64,000 bases of DNA from Candidatus Dormiibacterota bacterium (GCA_963789735.1 CAWBLV010000006.1:810846-874845), one strand, 5' to 3'. Shown: positions 21,214 to 32,913, counted from the first letter of the stretch. Translations and numbers: made by a program. Notes: generated from the letters alone by a model not told the origin.

Positions 21214-22691
21214 GCGGGCCGGTGGCCGAGCTCGTAGCCGATCTCATAGACGGCCTTCTGTACCTCGAAGGCGCGGCGGAGGACGAGCGACGGACCCGGA
21301 CCCGGCAACAGCGGCGCCGAACCGACCGTCTCGAGATACGCGCTCCAGAAGGCATCGCGGTTGGCGTCAGCCCAGGCTTCCCCGTACCCGTATAACGCGG
21401 CTGCCTCGTCGCTGTCCGGCGCTGCGCGTTCGATGATCGCGGCCGCGGCGGCGTAGTCGAACGAGCGCAGCATCGCTGCGACGTCGCGCAGTGGCGTGCT
21501 GCGCTCGCGACGCTCTGCAGGCGTGCGGTCCGGCTCGCCTTCGAAGTCGAGGATGACCCATCCGGTGTCGACACGGAGCAACTGGCCGAGGTGAAGGTCG
21601 CCATGGATCCGCGTGAGCAATCCGCTCGGGGACAGGCCCCGAATCTGGTCGAATCGCTCGACAACGCCGTTGCGCACGTCGCGCAGGCGGTCGAGTGACG
21701 GGTCGCGGCGCGTGAGCAGTTGATCGAGCTCCGCCGTCATGGTTTTCGCCCACGTATCGAGCGTTTCGCCGGTCATCGGCACCGGTTCCATGTCGGTTCC
21801 GGGCGCGCCCGCCGCGAGCGCGAGATGCATCTCCGCGATCACTTTGCCGAGCCGCCCCGCCTCCGCGAGGAACGCGGCGTCTTGTTCATCGACCATGGCG
21901 CGGCGCTCGACCGGGTCGGCCGCGCCGACGGACTCGGCGTTCGCGTACAGATCGCGGAGCGACGTGAGCGCAAGCGCCCATCCCTCGGTGCTGTTGTGCA
22001 GGAATGGCTGCACGAGCACGAGTGGTGACGGATCCTGTTCGTTCGACTCCCACACCACTCGCCCGAGCATCGGCGCGAGATGGGTGAAGCCGGCGTTCTC
22101 CAGTTCGTCGGACATCTCGAGCTCGTGCGAGGCCCCGGCTTCGACGCGCCGTAAATGCTTGAGGAACAACGCGTCGCCGACCTCCAGCGACGTGTTGCTC
22201 TGCTCGACGCGCAGATGGCGCACCGAGGAAAGGCTTCCCGTATCGAGTGCGCCGGCGTCGGGGCACGAGCATCGCAGCCGCCCGCTTGACGTCTCCAGCA
22301 CCCGTTGGGTGCGAATTGCGTCGAGCAGCCACTGGATGTACGCGTCATCGCCGACTGCGTCGTACAGCTGCATCGCGTCCGGCGCCTGCGGCCACGGAAT
22401 CATGAATTCCGGCACACGTTCGGCGATCGAGTCCCCCGCGGGCCGGATCCCGAGAGGCAGCGCATAGCGAGTGCTGCGGGAGTCGGTGAACGTGACCTCC
22501 GTCAGCGTGTGCAGCAACACGGGCGAGCTCGCACTGATCTCTGCGGCGTCGACGATCTCGGTGCTGTGAATGGTTCGACCCTGCGCTCCGCCCCAGCGTT
22601 GGCGGGTGATGTACGCGCCGAGCGCTGTCTCGCACCCAACAAGGTGATGCGTACGGAGCAGGCCGGCCACGCTGCCGTCGCGGGCACTCAT
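21165..22691 (-). CDS. mak: Maltokinase (maltose 1-kinase, Pep2/Mak)
   Basis: ORF caller ran to 23138 inside treS; true start is ATG 22691 (MSARDGSV...), overlapping the treS stop (ATGA). Aminoglycoside-phosphotransferase-like fold ([18 protein letters not shown]). Confidence 0.85.
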   Translation of the reverse strand: MSARDGSVAGLLRTHHLVGCETALGAYITRQRWGGAQGRTIHSTEIVDAAEISASSPVLLHTLTEVTFTDSRSTRYALPLGIRPAGDSIAERVPEFMIPWPQAPDAMQLYDAVGDDAYIQWLLDAIRTQRVLETSSGRLRCSCPDAGALDTGSLSSVRHLRVEQSNTSLEVGDALFLKHLRRVEAGASHELEMSDELENAGFTHLAPMLGRVVWESNEQDPSPLVLVQPFLHNSTEGWALALTSLRDLYANAESVGAADPVERRAMVDEQDAAFLAEAGRLGKVIAEMHLALAAGAPGTDMEPVPMTGETLDTWAKTMTAELDQLLTRRDPSLDRLRDVRNGVVERFDQIRGLSPSGLLTRIHGDLHLGQLLRVDTGWVILDFEGEPDRTPAERRERSTPLRDVAAMLRSFDYAAAAAIIERAAPDSDEAAALYGYGEAWADANRDAFWSAYLETVGSAPLLPGPGPSLVLRRAFEVQKAVYEIGYELGHRPAWASIPLRFLLRGVNQ

Positions 22692-24430
22692 GATGCGGCT
22701 TGGTCGAGGGTGAACCAGTAGAAGCCGTGCGGGCCCATCGTCAACAGGTATGGCAACTCGCCGATGCGCGGAAAGTGGACACGACCAAGCAACTCCACGG
22801 GTGTCGTCCCGGTGTACTTCCGCAGGTCGAGCTCCACAGGTTGCGCGAAGCGCGAGAGATTGTTGACGCACAGGACCACCTGGCCGTCGAGGCTGCGCAG
22901 GAACGCGAAAACCGACGGGTTTGCAGCGTCGAGCGCCTCGAACGTCCCCTCGCCAAAGACAGGAAAACGCTTGCGCACGGCGATGAATCGGCGGAGCCAG
23001 TGGAGCATCGACAACTCGTTGCGACGCTGGGCCGCGACATTGCACGCCTGGAAGCCGTAGACGGGATCCATGAGCGGGGGCAGATACAGCTGCGCGAAGT
23101 CGGCGCGACTGAATCCGCCGTTGCTGTCGGCGGTCCACTGCATCGGCGTGCGAACACCGTCACGATCGCCGAGATACACGTTGTCTCCCATGCCGATCTC
23201 GTCGCCGTAATAGAGGATCGGGCTTCCCGGCAGCGACAGGATCAGTCCGTGGAACAGCTCCATCTGGCGGCGCCCGTTGTTGAGGAGCGGCGCGAGTCGC
23301 CGGCGGATGCCGAGGTTGAGCTTGGCGCGCGGGTCCTTGGCGTACTCGCCCCACATGTAGTCACGCTCTTCGTCGGTCACCATCTCGAGGGTCAGCTCGT
23401 CGTGGTTGCGCAGAAAGATGCCCCACTGACTGTTGGGTGGCAGCGCGGGTGTGCGATCCAGGATCTCAGTGATCGGATAGCGCTGCTCGCGGCGGAGTCC
23501 CATGAACATTCGAGGCATGAGCGGGAAGTTGAAGCACATGTGACATTCCGGGCGTGCCACGGATCCGAAATAATCGACGACATCCTCGGGCCACTGGTTG
23601 GCTTCGGCAAGCAGCACCTTGCCCGGGTATTCGATGTCGATCGCGGCGCGCAGGTCCGCGAGAAACCCGTGTGTTTCCGGCAGGTTCTCGCAGTTGGTGC
23701 CCTCGCGTTTGAAGAGGTACGGCACCGCGTCGAGCCGGAAGCCGTCCATACCGAGGTCGAGCCAGAACCGGCACACGTCGATGATCTCGGCACGCACACG
23801 CGGGTTGTCGTAGTTGAGATCCGGCTGGTGGCTGAAGAATCGGTGGAAGTAGTACTGACCGAACTCGTCGTCCCACGTCCAGTTCGATGTCTCGGTATCG
23901 AGGAAGATGATCCGCGCCTCGGTGAAGCGGTTCTTCGTGTCCGACCACATGTACCAGTCGCGGTGCTCGCTGTCCCGGGATGACCTCGCGCTCTTGAACC
24001 AGGGATGCTGATCGCTGGTGTGGTTGATGACCAGATCCATGATCACGCGGATGCCGCGCCGGTGTGCCTCTTCGACAAGCTGTGCGACGTCCTCCACCGT
24101 TCCGTAATCGGCGAGGACCGAACGGTAGTCGGCGATGTCGTAGCCGCCATCTCGGAGCGGGCTCTGCTGAAAGGGGAGCAACCAGATGCAGTCCACGCCG
24201 AGCCACTCGAGATACTCGAGCTTCTCGATCAGACCGACGAAATCGCCGATGCCGTCGTCGTTGCCGTCGTGGAACGCGCGGACCGACAACTCGTAGAACA
24301 CAGCCTTCTGGAACCAGGGCGGATCATCCCCGAGCTCGCGGCGAGCGTTCATGCGTGTCGACGCACGTGCAGGATGTGCGCCGGGCGTTCCGCCGGGTCG
24401 AGTCGGACGTAGTTCGCCGCTCCTTGCCAC
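22688..24430 (-). CDS. treS: Trehalose synthase / maltose alpha-D-glucosyltransferase TreS
   Basis: GH13 TreS signatures ([30 protein letters not shown]). Likely start is M27 (24352), abutting the glgE stop. Confidence 0.9.
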   Translation of the reverse strand: MARSGELRPTRPGGTPGAHPARASTRMNARRELGDDPPWFQKAVFYELSVRAFHDGNDDGIGDFVGLIEKLEYLEWLGVDCIWLLPFQQSPLRDGGYDIADYRSVLADYGTVEDVAQLVEEAHRRGIRVIMDLVINHTSDQHPWFKSARSSRDSEHRDWYMWSDTKNRFTEARIIFLDTETSNWTWDDEFGQYYFHRFFSHQPDLNYDNPRVRAEIIDVCRFWLDLGMDGFRLDAVPYLFKREGTNCENLPETHGFLADLRAAIDIEYPGKVLLAEANQWPEDVVDYFGSVARPECHMCFNFPLMPRMFMGLRREQRYPITEILDRTPALPPNSQWGIFLRNHDELTLEMVTDEERDYMWGEYAKDPRAKLNLGIRRRLAPLLNNGRRQMELFHGLILSLPGSPILYYGDEIGMGDNVYLGDRDGVRTPMQWTADSNGGFSRADFAQLYLPPLMDPVYGFQACNVAAQRRNELSMLHWLRRFIAVRKRFPVFGEGTFEALDAANPSVFAFLRSLDGQVVLCVNNLSRFAQPVELDLRKYTGTTPVELLGRVHFPRIGELPYLLTMGPHGFYWFTLDQAAS

Positions 24431-26364
24431 GTGTAGGTCTCTCCTCCGAGCAGATCATGAACTGCAAAGGGCTGATCGGCCGTCACGCCGAGCTCGCCAA
24501 GGTCCAGCCAGGTGTTTGCCTCGCGTGGATGGTGGGGGTCGAGGTTGACGATCAGCACGATCACGTCGTCCTTGTCCGGCGTCGATCGCGAGACGCAGAG
24601 CATCCAATCGTCGGTCATGTGATGGAGACGGAGCGTGCTCAACTGCGCGATGGCGTCGCGATGCTCATTGCGGATCGTGTTGAGCCGTGTGATCAGCGGA
24701 GCGATCGAACCGGGTTGCGACCAGTCGCGCGGCCTGAGCTGGTACTTCTCGGAATCGAGGTACTCCTCGCTGCCGTCCTTGACCGCGGTGTTCTCGCAGA
24801 GCTCGTAGCCGCTGTACATCCCCCAGGACGGACCGGTGATCGCCGCGAGCGCTGCGCGCATGCGGAACGCGGCCGGGCCGCCGTACTGGAGCGTGGCGTG
24901 CAGGATGTCCGGTGTGTTCACCCAGAAGTTCGGCCGGAACCAGTCAACCAGCTCAGTCTGTGACAACTCTGTCAGATACTGGCCGAGCTCCCAGGCGCTG
25001 TTGCGCCACGTGAAGTACGTGTACGACTGCGAGAAACCGATCTTGGCGAGCCGCTGCATCACCGGCGGCCGGACAAATGCCTCGGCGAGCATGACGATCT
25101 CCGGGGACTCGCGGCGGATCTCGGCGATCAGCCATTCCCAAAAGGGGAACGCCTTGGTGTGTGGATTGTCCACGCGGAAGATGCGCACGCCGTGCCCGAT
25201 CCAGAAGCGCATCACGTCACGGAGCGCCGCCCAGAGCTGCGGCGCGTCGTCGCTCTCGAAGTCGATCGGATAGATATCCTGATACTGCTTGGGCGGGTTT
25301 TCCGCGTAGCGAATCGATCCGTCGGAGCGATGCCGGAACCACTCCGGATGCTCGGTGACCCAGGGATGATCGGGGCTGCACTGGAGCGCGTAGTCCAGCG
25401 CGACCTCGAGGCCGGCGCCCTGCGCCGCAGCGACGAAGGCATCGAAGTCTTCGATGGTGCCGAGGTCCGGATGCACGGCGGTATGACCGCCCGACGCCGC
25501 ACCGATCGCCCAGGGACTCCCCGGGTCGCCCGGCGAGCACTCCGTCACGTTGTTCGGACCCTTGCGGTGTGTGATCCCGATGGGGTGTATCGGTGGCAGG
25601 TAGAGCACCGAGAATCCCATCGCCGCAATGGCGGGCAGCCGGCGCTCGGCGAGCTTGAATGTCCCGCTCCGTGGCGGCACAGCCCCCTCGGACCGGGGAA
25701 ACATTTCATACCAGCTCGAGTAGCCGGCGACCTCGCGTTCGACCCAGAGGGAGTACGGCCCCGAGATCGTGGCGTGACTGAGATCGGCGGTCCGCCGCAT
25801 CAGACCCATCGTGGCCTCGCGTGTTGCCAGCTGCACCCTCGCCTCGGGTGACGTATCGGCTTCGAGCTTGCTCGCGAGTGCGGCGAGGGCCCGGCGGTCG
25901 GACTTGGAAACGACGGGAAGCTCAGCTCGGGCTGCAACCAGCGCCGCACCGTCAGCGAGATCGAGCGCAACGTCAACGCCTGCCACGAAACGGATCGTCA
26001 GGTCGCGCGCGAAGCCTCCCCAGACGTCGAGGATTCCGACCACCGCAAAGCTCCAGGCGCCCAGCCGGCGCGGCTTGATCCATGCGCCGTAGGCGTCCTG
26101 TGGCTCGGCCTCCATGGGCACCTCGACCATCCCGGGCGGCGGTGCCTCCGGAGCGAGCGGGCGGGCGCCGGGCCAGTGCCAGACCCAGGCAAGCAGCGGA
26201 TCGTGGCCGTCCGCGAAGGCGCGAGCGGAAACGCGCAACGGCAAGCCGCGAGTGGCCTTTGCGGGAAACTCGCCGCAGTCGACGATCGGCCTGACGTGCT
26301 CCACCACGACGCGCCTCCGATCGCCGAGCAGCCGGTCGGGGACGGGGTTGCTCATCGAATTCAT
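24349..26364 (-). CDS. glgE: Alpha-1,4-glucan:maltose-1-phosphate maltosyltransferase GlgE
   Basis: 671 aa; GlgE GH13_3 family; heads the glgE-treS-mak-glgB operon. Confidence 0.9.
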   Translation of the reverse strand: MNSMSNPVPDRLLGDRRRVVVEHVRPIVDCGEFPAKATRGLPLRVSARAFADGHDPLLAWVWHWPGARPLAPEAPPPGMVEVPMEAEPQDAYGAWIKPRRLGAWSFAVVGILDVWGGFARDLTIRFVAGVDVALDLADGAALVAARAELPVVSKSDRRALAALASKLEADTSPEARVQLATREATMGLMRRTADLSHATISGPYSLWVEREVAGYSSWYEMFPRSEGAVPPRSGTFKLAERRLPAIAAMGFSVLYLPPIHPIGITHRKGPNNVTECSPGDPGSPWAIGAASGGHTAVHPDLGTIEDFDAFVAAAQGAGLEVALDYALQCSPDHPWVTEHPEWFRHRSDGSIRYAENPPKQYQDIYPIDFESDDAPQLWAALRDVMRFWIGHGVRIFRVDNPHTKAFPFWEWLIAEIRRESPEIVMLAEAFVRPPVMQRLAKIGFSQSYTYFTWRNSAWELGQYLTELSQTELVDWFRPNFWVNTPDILHATLQYGGPAAFRMRAALAAITGPSWGMYSGYELCENTAVKDGSEEYLDSEKYQLRPRDWSQPGSIAPLITRLNTIRNEHRDAIAQLSTLRLHHMTDDWMLCVSRSTPDKDDVIVLIVNLDPHHPREANTWLDLGELGVTADQPFAVHDLLGGETYTWQGAANYVRLDPAERPAHILHVRRHA

Positions 26365-26455
26365 CTGCGACTTGAGGTCGCGTCCAACCTAGCAGACCGG
26401 ACGGGATCCGTAATGGTTCCTCAATATGGAGCCCGTACAGTGCGGGTGAGGACAC

Positions 26456-27491
26456 GTGACCCGCTATCGGCTCGCTCTTGCCACCGTCGCCGTGCTGATC
26501 GTCGCCGCGGTGCTCTTCACCGTGGTCAGCAGCCCGCCGCCTGCGGCCGCAACCGGGAACCAGGTGGCGGCCGTCAGCGATCGGCCCGAGGCGCCGGACT
26601 TCACCGGCATCGACGGCTGGCTCAACAGTCCGCCACTCACTCTCGCCGACCTGCGCGGCAAAGTGGTCCTCATCGATTTCTGGACCTTCTCGTGCGTCAA
26701 CTGCGTGCGCACCATCCCCCACCTCAAGATCCTGTACGACGACTACAAGAACGACGGCTTCACGATCGTCGGCGTCCATTCTCCGGAGTTCGATTTCGAG
26801 AAGGTCCCGGCCAATGTCGCAGCCGCGGTCACTCGTCTGGGGATCACCTGGCCAGTGGCGATCGACAGCCAGATGGCGACGTGGAATGCGTATCAGAACG
26901 AGTACTGGCCGGCGGAGTATCTCCTCGACCAGCAGGGCCGGATCGCCTACAAGAGCTTCGGCGAGGGCGACTACGCACAAACCGACGCCGCCGTTGCGCA
27001 ACTCCTCAAGGTGACGACCGCGCCGCTCCCCGCGTCGACGCCGGTCCCCGACAACACCACGCCGGAGCTCTACGCCGGCAGCGAGCGCGGCCAGCTCGCC
27101 GACAACGAGAACTACGGAAACCCGGGCACCCCGACTGCCTACCCGGATCCCGGGCCACCACAGGAACAGGACGCGATCCAGGTGACCGGCACGTGGACCG
27201 ATGAAGGCGAGTACTTACAAGCCGACACGACCGGTCACGTGCGCCTCAACTTCACCGCCGACTCCGTCTATATCGTCGCGGGCACACCCGGACCGTCCTT
27301 ATCAGTTTCGGTCCAACTTGACGGAAAGACGGTCAGCAGCGCCAACAGCGGTCCGGCCCTGAGCAACTCCGGATTTACGGTGACGCGTCAAGACCTCTTC
27401 CAGCTGCTCTCCGGAGTTCTCGTCCGGCTACCATCTGATCGACCTGACAGTTCCTGCCGGTTTCCGGATCTACACCTTCACGTTCGGCTGA
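26456..27491 (+). CDS. Membrane-anchored TlpA/ResA-like thioredoxin protein with C-terminal beta-sandwich domain; frameshift near 27410-27417
   Basis: N-terminal TM helix, CxxC redoxin motif (FWTFSCVNCVRT), then a domain ending ...SGYHLIDLTVPAGFRIYTFTFG* in the +1 frame (stop 27489-27491). Removing one G from the GG at ~27413 restores ...DLFQLLSEFSSGYHL.... Confidence 0.65.
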
Positions 27492-28225
27492 TGCTCTCGA
27501 TTGCGACGGTGCTCGCGACGTTCGTCGCGGGACTCGGATCCTTCCTCGCACCGTGCACGGTCCCGCTCCTGCCCGCGTATCTCGCGTGCGTCTCGGGCGT
27601 GAGCGCCGCCGAACTGAGCAACCCCGACAGGCACAGCTTCCGGCTCCGCCTCCTCGCCGGCTCACTGCTCTACGTCGCCGGGTTCACGGTCGTGTTCGTC
27701 CTCCTCGGCCTCACCGCCGGTGGCATCGCCCGCGTCGCCAACGGCGCCATCAGCGGACGAATCATCGAAATCGCCGGCGGTGTCGCAGTCATCGCCTTCG
27801 GCCTCGCAATCATCGGCGTCGTCAGGATCGGCCTGCTCGAACGCACTCAGGGCTTCCAACTCCCAGAACGCCTCCGCAAGCGCGGCGTCCTCGGCGCCTT
27901 TCTCGTCGGCATCGTCTTCGGCCTCGGCTGGACCCCCTGCGTCGGCCCCTACCTCGCAGCCGCCCTCACCTTCGCCGCCCTCAGCTCCCACGCCCTAACG
28001 GGAGCACTGCTATTGGTCGTCTACTCCCTAGGCCTCGGCCTCCCCTTCATCGCGGTAGCCCTCCTCTGGGCATCACTCCCCGAACTCCCCCGAAAACTCA
28101 ACAGATTCGTCCGTCCGTTAACGCTCGCCGGAGGCGTCATCACGGTCGCGCTGGGTGTTCTCCTCGCGACCGGCGCATACACGCACCTGACGTCATACCT
28201 GGCGCAGTTGTCGACCCCGACGTGA
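27491..28225 (+). CDS. ccdA: Cytochrome c-type biogenesis protein CcdA (DsbD-like thiol-disulfide transporter)
   Basis: Starts at ATG 27491 (MLSIATVLATFVAGLGSFLAPCTVPLLPAY...), overlapping the upstream stop (TGATG). Two conserved Cys in TM helices. The ORF caller merged it with the upstream gene because the upstream frameshift removes the stop. Confidence 0.75.
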   Translation: MLSIATVLATFVAGLGSFLAPCTVPLLPAYLACVSGVSAAELSNPDRHSFRLRLLAGSLLYVAGFTVVFVLLGLTAGGIARVANGAISGRIIEIAGGVAVIAFGLAIIGVVRIGLLERTQGFQLPERLRKRGVLGAFLVGIVFGLGWTPCVGPYLAAALTFAALSSHALTGALLLVVYSLGLGLPFIAVALLWASLPELPRKLNRFVRPLTLAGGVITVALGVLLATGAYTHLTSYLAQLSTPT

Positions 28226-28236
28226 GCCCGACTGAG

Positions 28237-28420
28237 TAACCGTTCCTAGGACACCGACGGTGCAGGGTGGGAAGGGGATGGGCGGAGGGGGGTCGTCTCG
28301 CAGCCGAGGCTACCCCCCTCGGCGAGAGCGAGGGGCGGGACGGCGAAGGCGTCACGACCCCGTACCCCCCGCAGTCCATCCCCTTCCCACCGATCCACAG
28401 AGCGACGCCAGGAACGGTTA
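28237..28420. mobile_element. MITE-like element (~180 bp) with terminal inverted repeats and TA target-site duplication
   Basis: TA|ACCGTTCCTAGG ... CCAGGAACGGT|TA (TIR 11/12). Subterminal ~34-bp imperfect inverted repeat (GTGGGAAGGGGATGG ... CCATCCCCTTCCCAC) and an internal hairpin GCCGAGG-CTACCCCCC-TCGGC. Sits between convergent ccdA and the CFA-synthase gene. Confidence 0.4.
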
Positions 28421-28424
28421 ATCG

Positions 28425-29378
28425 TCAGTCGAAACGACGGCAGACGACAACGTCCAAGGTGACGTTGCGCTGGATGTGCCGGGCAAGCCGGAGGTACACC
28501 CGGAAATCGCGGTAGTGCTGCTCGCCGACCATCTCTTTGAGCTGATCGGCGTGCTTGTGCATGTTCGCGAGCCAGTGGTCGATGGTGACCTCGTAGTGGC
28601 GCCGCTCGATGTGGTGGACGCGCTCGATGTCGAAGCCGGCATCGTTGGCGAGCTTCGTCTCCTCGGCCAGCGTTCGGTAGTTGCCGGTATCCCCGTAGAT
28701 CTGGCTGACGAACTCGCCGCCGCGCTCGAGCTTGGCGTGCCGCGGGTGCTTGAGATGCAACTCCTTGTTGATCATCACGCCGCCCGGCTTGAGCCAGTCG
28801 TGGCTTTTCTGGAAGAAGCCGCCGAGGTTGAAGAAGTGGACGATCACCTCATCGGTGTAGATCGCATCGACCTGCTCCTCCGGGGTGTAGTCCTCCCAGT
28901 GGCTGAGCACGATCTTGGCGTCGACCCCGTGGCGAGCAATCCTGCCTTCTGCGTATTTCTTCTGCGTCGGGGACAAGGTCAGCCCCGTCCCGGTCAGACC
29001 GTAGGTCTCGCAGAGATACGTGAGCGGACCGGCCCAGCCGCACCCGACGTCGATCAGGCGCATCCCTTTCTGAAGGCCCGCAAGCCGCGCGATCAGGTCG
29101 AGCTTGGCGGCCTGTGACTGGGTGTCGGTCTCGGTGCCCGGATCCCAGAGGTTGGCCGAATAGACGTTCCAGTCGCCACCGGTGATGAGCAGGAAGAACT
29201 CCGGCGGCTGTTCGTAATGAACGTTCGTTCGGGTCTGGTCGACGTCGGTGGAGTACTCGTGATAGAGCTGATGCTCCGGGCGCACGTCGGTTTTCTGAGT
29301 GGTGGCCACAGCTAAATCCCCTGCAATTGCCGCGATCTCCTCAGAAGAATAGCCCTGCGCACACGATGTTGTGGTCAA
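28425..29378 (-). CDS. Cyclopropane-fatty-acyl-phospholipid synthase family SAM-dependent methyltransferase
   Basis: 317 aa; CMAS/CFA family N-terminus (FFLLITGGDWNVYSANLW) and SAM motif I (LIDVGCGWAG). GC visibly lower (~62-63%) than neighbours. Confidence 0.8.
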   Translation of the reverse strand: MTTTSCAQGYSSEEIAAIAGDLAVATTQKTDVRPEHQLYHEYSTDVDQTRTNVHYEQPPEFFLLITGGDWNVYSANLWDPGTETDTQSQAAKLDLIARLAGLQKGMRLIDVGCGWAGPLTYLCETYGLTGTGLTLSPTQKKYAEGRIARHGVDAKIVLSHWEDYTPEEQVDAIYTDEVIVHFFNLGGFFQKSHDWLKPGGVMINKELHLKHPRHAKLERGGEFVSQIYGDTGNYRTLAEETKLANDAGFDIERVHHIERRHYEVTIDHWLANMHKHADQLKEMVGEQHYRDFRVYLRLARHIQRNVTLDVVVCRRFD

Positions 29379-29461
29379 TCCGACCGTTTCTCACAAACGC
29401 GCTCGCGAGCCAATCCTCGAAGGGGCCCAGTCGCTGTGCCGGGTGCGAAGATGAAGGCCTC

Positions 29462-32204
29462 ATGGTTGCCACTGATCCCTACGGCACCAGGGCGGAACTG
29501 CTGCCGGGGGTTTCCTACCACCGCCTCGACGCGCTCGCCGAACGTGGCATCGGCGACGTCTCCCGCCTTCCGGTCACGCTGAAGATCCTGCTCGAGAACA
29601 GCGTGCGGAACTCGTCCGCCCCGTCGGTGCGAGAGGGTGACGTCGAGGCGATCGCACGCTGGGACGGCACCGGATCAGCCGTCGACCGCGAGCGCGCGTT
29701 CATGCCGGCCCGAGTGCTGCTCCAGGACTTCACAGGCGTCCCGGCCGTCGTCGACCTCGCGGCGATGCGAGCTGCCGTCGCTCGTGCGGGCGGCGACCCC
29801 ATGCGCATCGATCCGCTCGTGCCGGTCGACCTCGTGGTCGACCACTCGGTGCAGGTGGACGCGTTCGGCAATCGCGAGGCATACGAACGCAACATCGCCC
29901 GCGAGTACGAGCGCAACCGCGAGCGGTACTCGCTGCTCCGCTGGGCCCAGCAAGCGTTCCAAGGATTTCGCGTCGTGCCGCCTGGCATGGGGATCGTCCA
30001 CCAGATCAACCTCGAGTACCTCGCCCAGGTCGTGCAGGTTCGCGACATCGACGGGGTGCGCACGGCGCTACCGGACACGGTGGTCGGCACCGATTCGCAC
30101 ACTCCGATGGTCAACGGCGTCGGCGTGCTCGGCTGGGGCGTCGGCGGCATCGAGGCAGAGGCCTGCATGCTCGGTCAGCCGCTCTTCCTGCTCGCGCCGG
30201 TTGTGGTCGGCGTGCGGTTTCACAACGCGCTGCCCGCGGGGACCACCGCCACCGACCTCGTCCTCACACTCACGGAGCTGCTCCGCAAGCACGGCGTCGT
30301 CAACAAGTTCGTCGAGTTTTGCGGCAGCGGGCTCACGTCGATGTCGGTTCCCGACCGGGCAACGCTCTCCAACATGTCGCCGGAATTCGGCGCCACCGCA
30401 TCGCTGTTCCCCGTCGACGCACGGACGCTCGAATACTTGCGCGGCTCCGGGCGCGACGCCGAGCACATCGACCTCGTGGAGCGCTACTCGAAGGAACAGG
30501 GCATGTTCCGCACCGACGACTCGGAGATCCCCACCTTCAGCGAGATGGTCGAGCTGGATCTTGCGAGCGTGGTGCCGAGCGTCGCCGGCCCCAAGCGGCC
30601 CCAGGATCGTGTCGCGCTCCCGCGTGTCTGGGAGTCGTTCTGCAACGTCTGGGCGCAGCCTCCGAGGGGCGACAACGGAGTCACCGCCGAAGGTGAGATC
30701 TCCCGCGAGGAGGAAGAGGGCGGTATCGACCCGGCCGGCATGGTCGAGGTGACAACGCCGAACGGCCCCGCGGACGCCGCCCTGGTCAGGGATGGGTCGA
30801 TCGTGATCGCCGCCATCACATCGTGCACCAACACATCCAACCCGGCGGTGATGGTTGCCGCAGGACTGCTCGCGCGCAATGCCGTCGCTCGCGGTCTCAT
30901 GCCTCCGGACTACGTCAAGACATCGCTCGCGCCGGGCTCTCGAGTGGTCACCGACTACCTGGAGCGGGCAGGGTTGCTCGGATCGCTGGAACAGCTCCGC
31001 TTCAACCTCGTCGGGTACGGCTGCACGACCTGTATCGGCAACAGCGGCCCGCTTCCGGAGCTGGTCGCCGAACGCATCGACTCGAAAGACCTCACCGTCG
31101 CGGCGGTGCTCAGCGGCAATCGCAACTTCGAGGGCCGCATTCATCCGCAGGTGCGCGCCGCATACCTCGCGTCGCCGCCGCTTGTGGTTGCGTACGCGCT
31201 CGCGGGGCGTCTCGACATCGACCTCACCACCGAGTCGCTCGGCATCGGGCACGACGGCACGCCGGTCTTTCTCAATGACATCTGGCCGAGCGCCGACGAG
31301 GTGACCGAGACCGTGCGCGCCGCGATCGGCAGCGACTTGTACACACGCGAGTACGAGCGCATCTTCGACGGCGACGAGCACTGGCAGCAGTTGCCGTCGC
31401 CAACAGGCGCGCTGTTCGACTGGGACGCAGAGTCGACATACGTTCGCGAGCCACCGTATTTCATCGGTATGTCATCGGAGCCGAAGGCTCCCGCAGACCT
31501 GATCGACGCGCGCGTGCTCGCCGTCTTCGGGGAACTCGCTCACCACCGACCACATCTCGCCGGCAGGCAGCATCTCCGGCACGAGTCCGGCTGCCGCATA
31601 CCTTCGCGAGCACGGCGTCGAGGCGCGCGACTTCAACACGTACGGTGCGCGGCGCGGCAACCACGATGTGATGGTTCGCGGCACCTTCGCGAACATCCGC
31701 ATCCACAATCAGCTCGCCGACGGCAAGGAGGGCGGGTGGACGGCTCATCTCCCCGACGGTGCCGTCATGACCATCTTCGAGGCGTCGGCCCTCTATCAGG
31801 AAGAAGGCATCCCGCTCATCGTCATCGGCGGCCTCGAGTACGGCACCGGGTCGTCACGCGACTGGGCCGCGAAAGGCCCGCTGCTCCAGGGAGTTCGCGC
31901 TGTGATCGCGCAGTCGTACGAGCGCATTCACCGCGCCAATCTCGTGGGCATGGGCATTCTGCCGCTGCAGTTCCGCGCCGGCGAGAGCGCCGAGTCACTC
32001 GGTCTCGATGGCACCGAGCTGTACACGATTCGCGGCGTCGCGAATGCCGCTCCGGGATCAACTGTGCATGTGAGCGCACGTCGCGCGGGACAGGCCGACA
32101 TCGAGTTCGATACCGTGTGCCGTCTCGACAGTGAGACCGACGTGGACTACCTGCGCAACGGCGGCATCCTGCCGCTCGTGTTGCGTCAACTCATGGGCAG
32201 TTGA
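29462..32204 (+). CDS. acnA: Aconitate hydratase A; single-base frameshift near 31525-31530
   Basis: True start ATG 29462 (MVATDPYGTRAEL...). Frame 0 to ~31528, then +1 frame carries the conserved ...TTDHISPAGSI... and C-terminus (ORF 31668..32204). Extra base in the GGGG run (ttcggggaactcg). Confidence 0.88.
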
Positions 32205-32235
32205 GCCTCACTCCGACATGAGGTCGAGCCACTAG

Positions 32236-32913
32236 ATGGTCGTCTTCGTCCTGTTCTTCGTCGTGTTCGCGGTTGTCGCAGGCGTGTCGTACGTTGTGGG
32301 TCAGCAACGCATTCGCGATATCGCGACCTTCGCATCCGCGCATGGCCTCACGTCGCTTGGCAGCGATTGGGACATGGGCGACAGCGGGTTCTCGCTCTTC
32401 GACGCCGGCAATCGCCGCTACTGGCGCAACGTGTTGCGCGGGCAGTGGAACGGTCTGCCGGTCACGTACTGTGACTACTCGTACGTCGTCTCCGACGGCA
32501 AGAACCAGAGCACTGTCTCGTTCTCCAACGTCATCGCTACTGTCGACGTGGACTGGATGGCGCAGGTCATGTGCTCGCCACGCGGCGTGCTCGGCGCGCT
32601 TGCCGAGAAATCGGTCGGAGCCCCGGGCATCAAGTTCGAGTCCATCGACTTCAACGATCGGTTCGACGTGCACTGCAGCGACGGAGCGTTCGCGGTGGAG
32701 CTCATCGACGCGCAGATGATCGAGACGCTGCTGGGCCTCGACCCCTCGTACCACGTGGTGTTCGGACCGATGTATCTCATGGTCTACGCGCACCGCCAGC
32801 AGGTCGCGGAGCTTGGCGCGATGTTCGACGCGGCAGCGCTCATCGCGCAGCGCATTCCGGCGATAGTGCGCGCCCGACCTGCATCCGTACCGCTGCCTCC
32901 AGCCGCGTCCTGA
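32236..32913 (+). CDS. DUF3137-family membrane-anchored protein (LemA partner)
   Basis: 225 aa; N-terminal TM helix; conserved adjacency upstream of lemA. Confidence 0.65.
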   Translation: MVVFVLFFVVFAVVAGVSYVVGQQRIRDIATFASAHGLTSLGSDWDMGDSGFSLFDAGNRRYWRNVLRGQWNGLPVTYCDYSYVVSDGKNQSTVSFSNVIATVDVDWMAQVMCSPRGVLGALAEKSVGAPGIKFESIDFNDRFDVHCSDGAFAVELIDAQMIETLLGLDPSYHVVFGPMYLMVYAHRQQVAELGAMFDAAALIAQRIPAIVRARPASVPLPPAAS

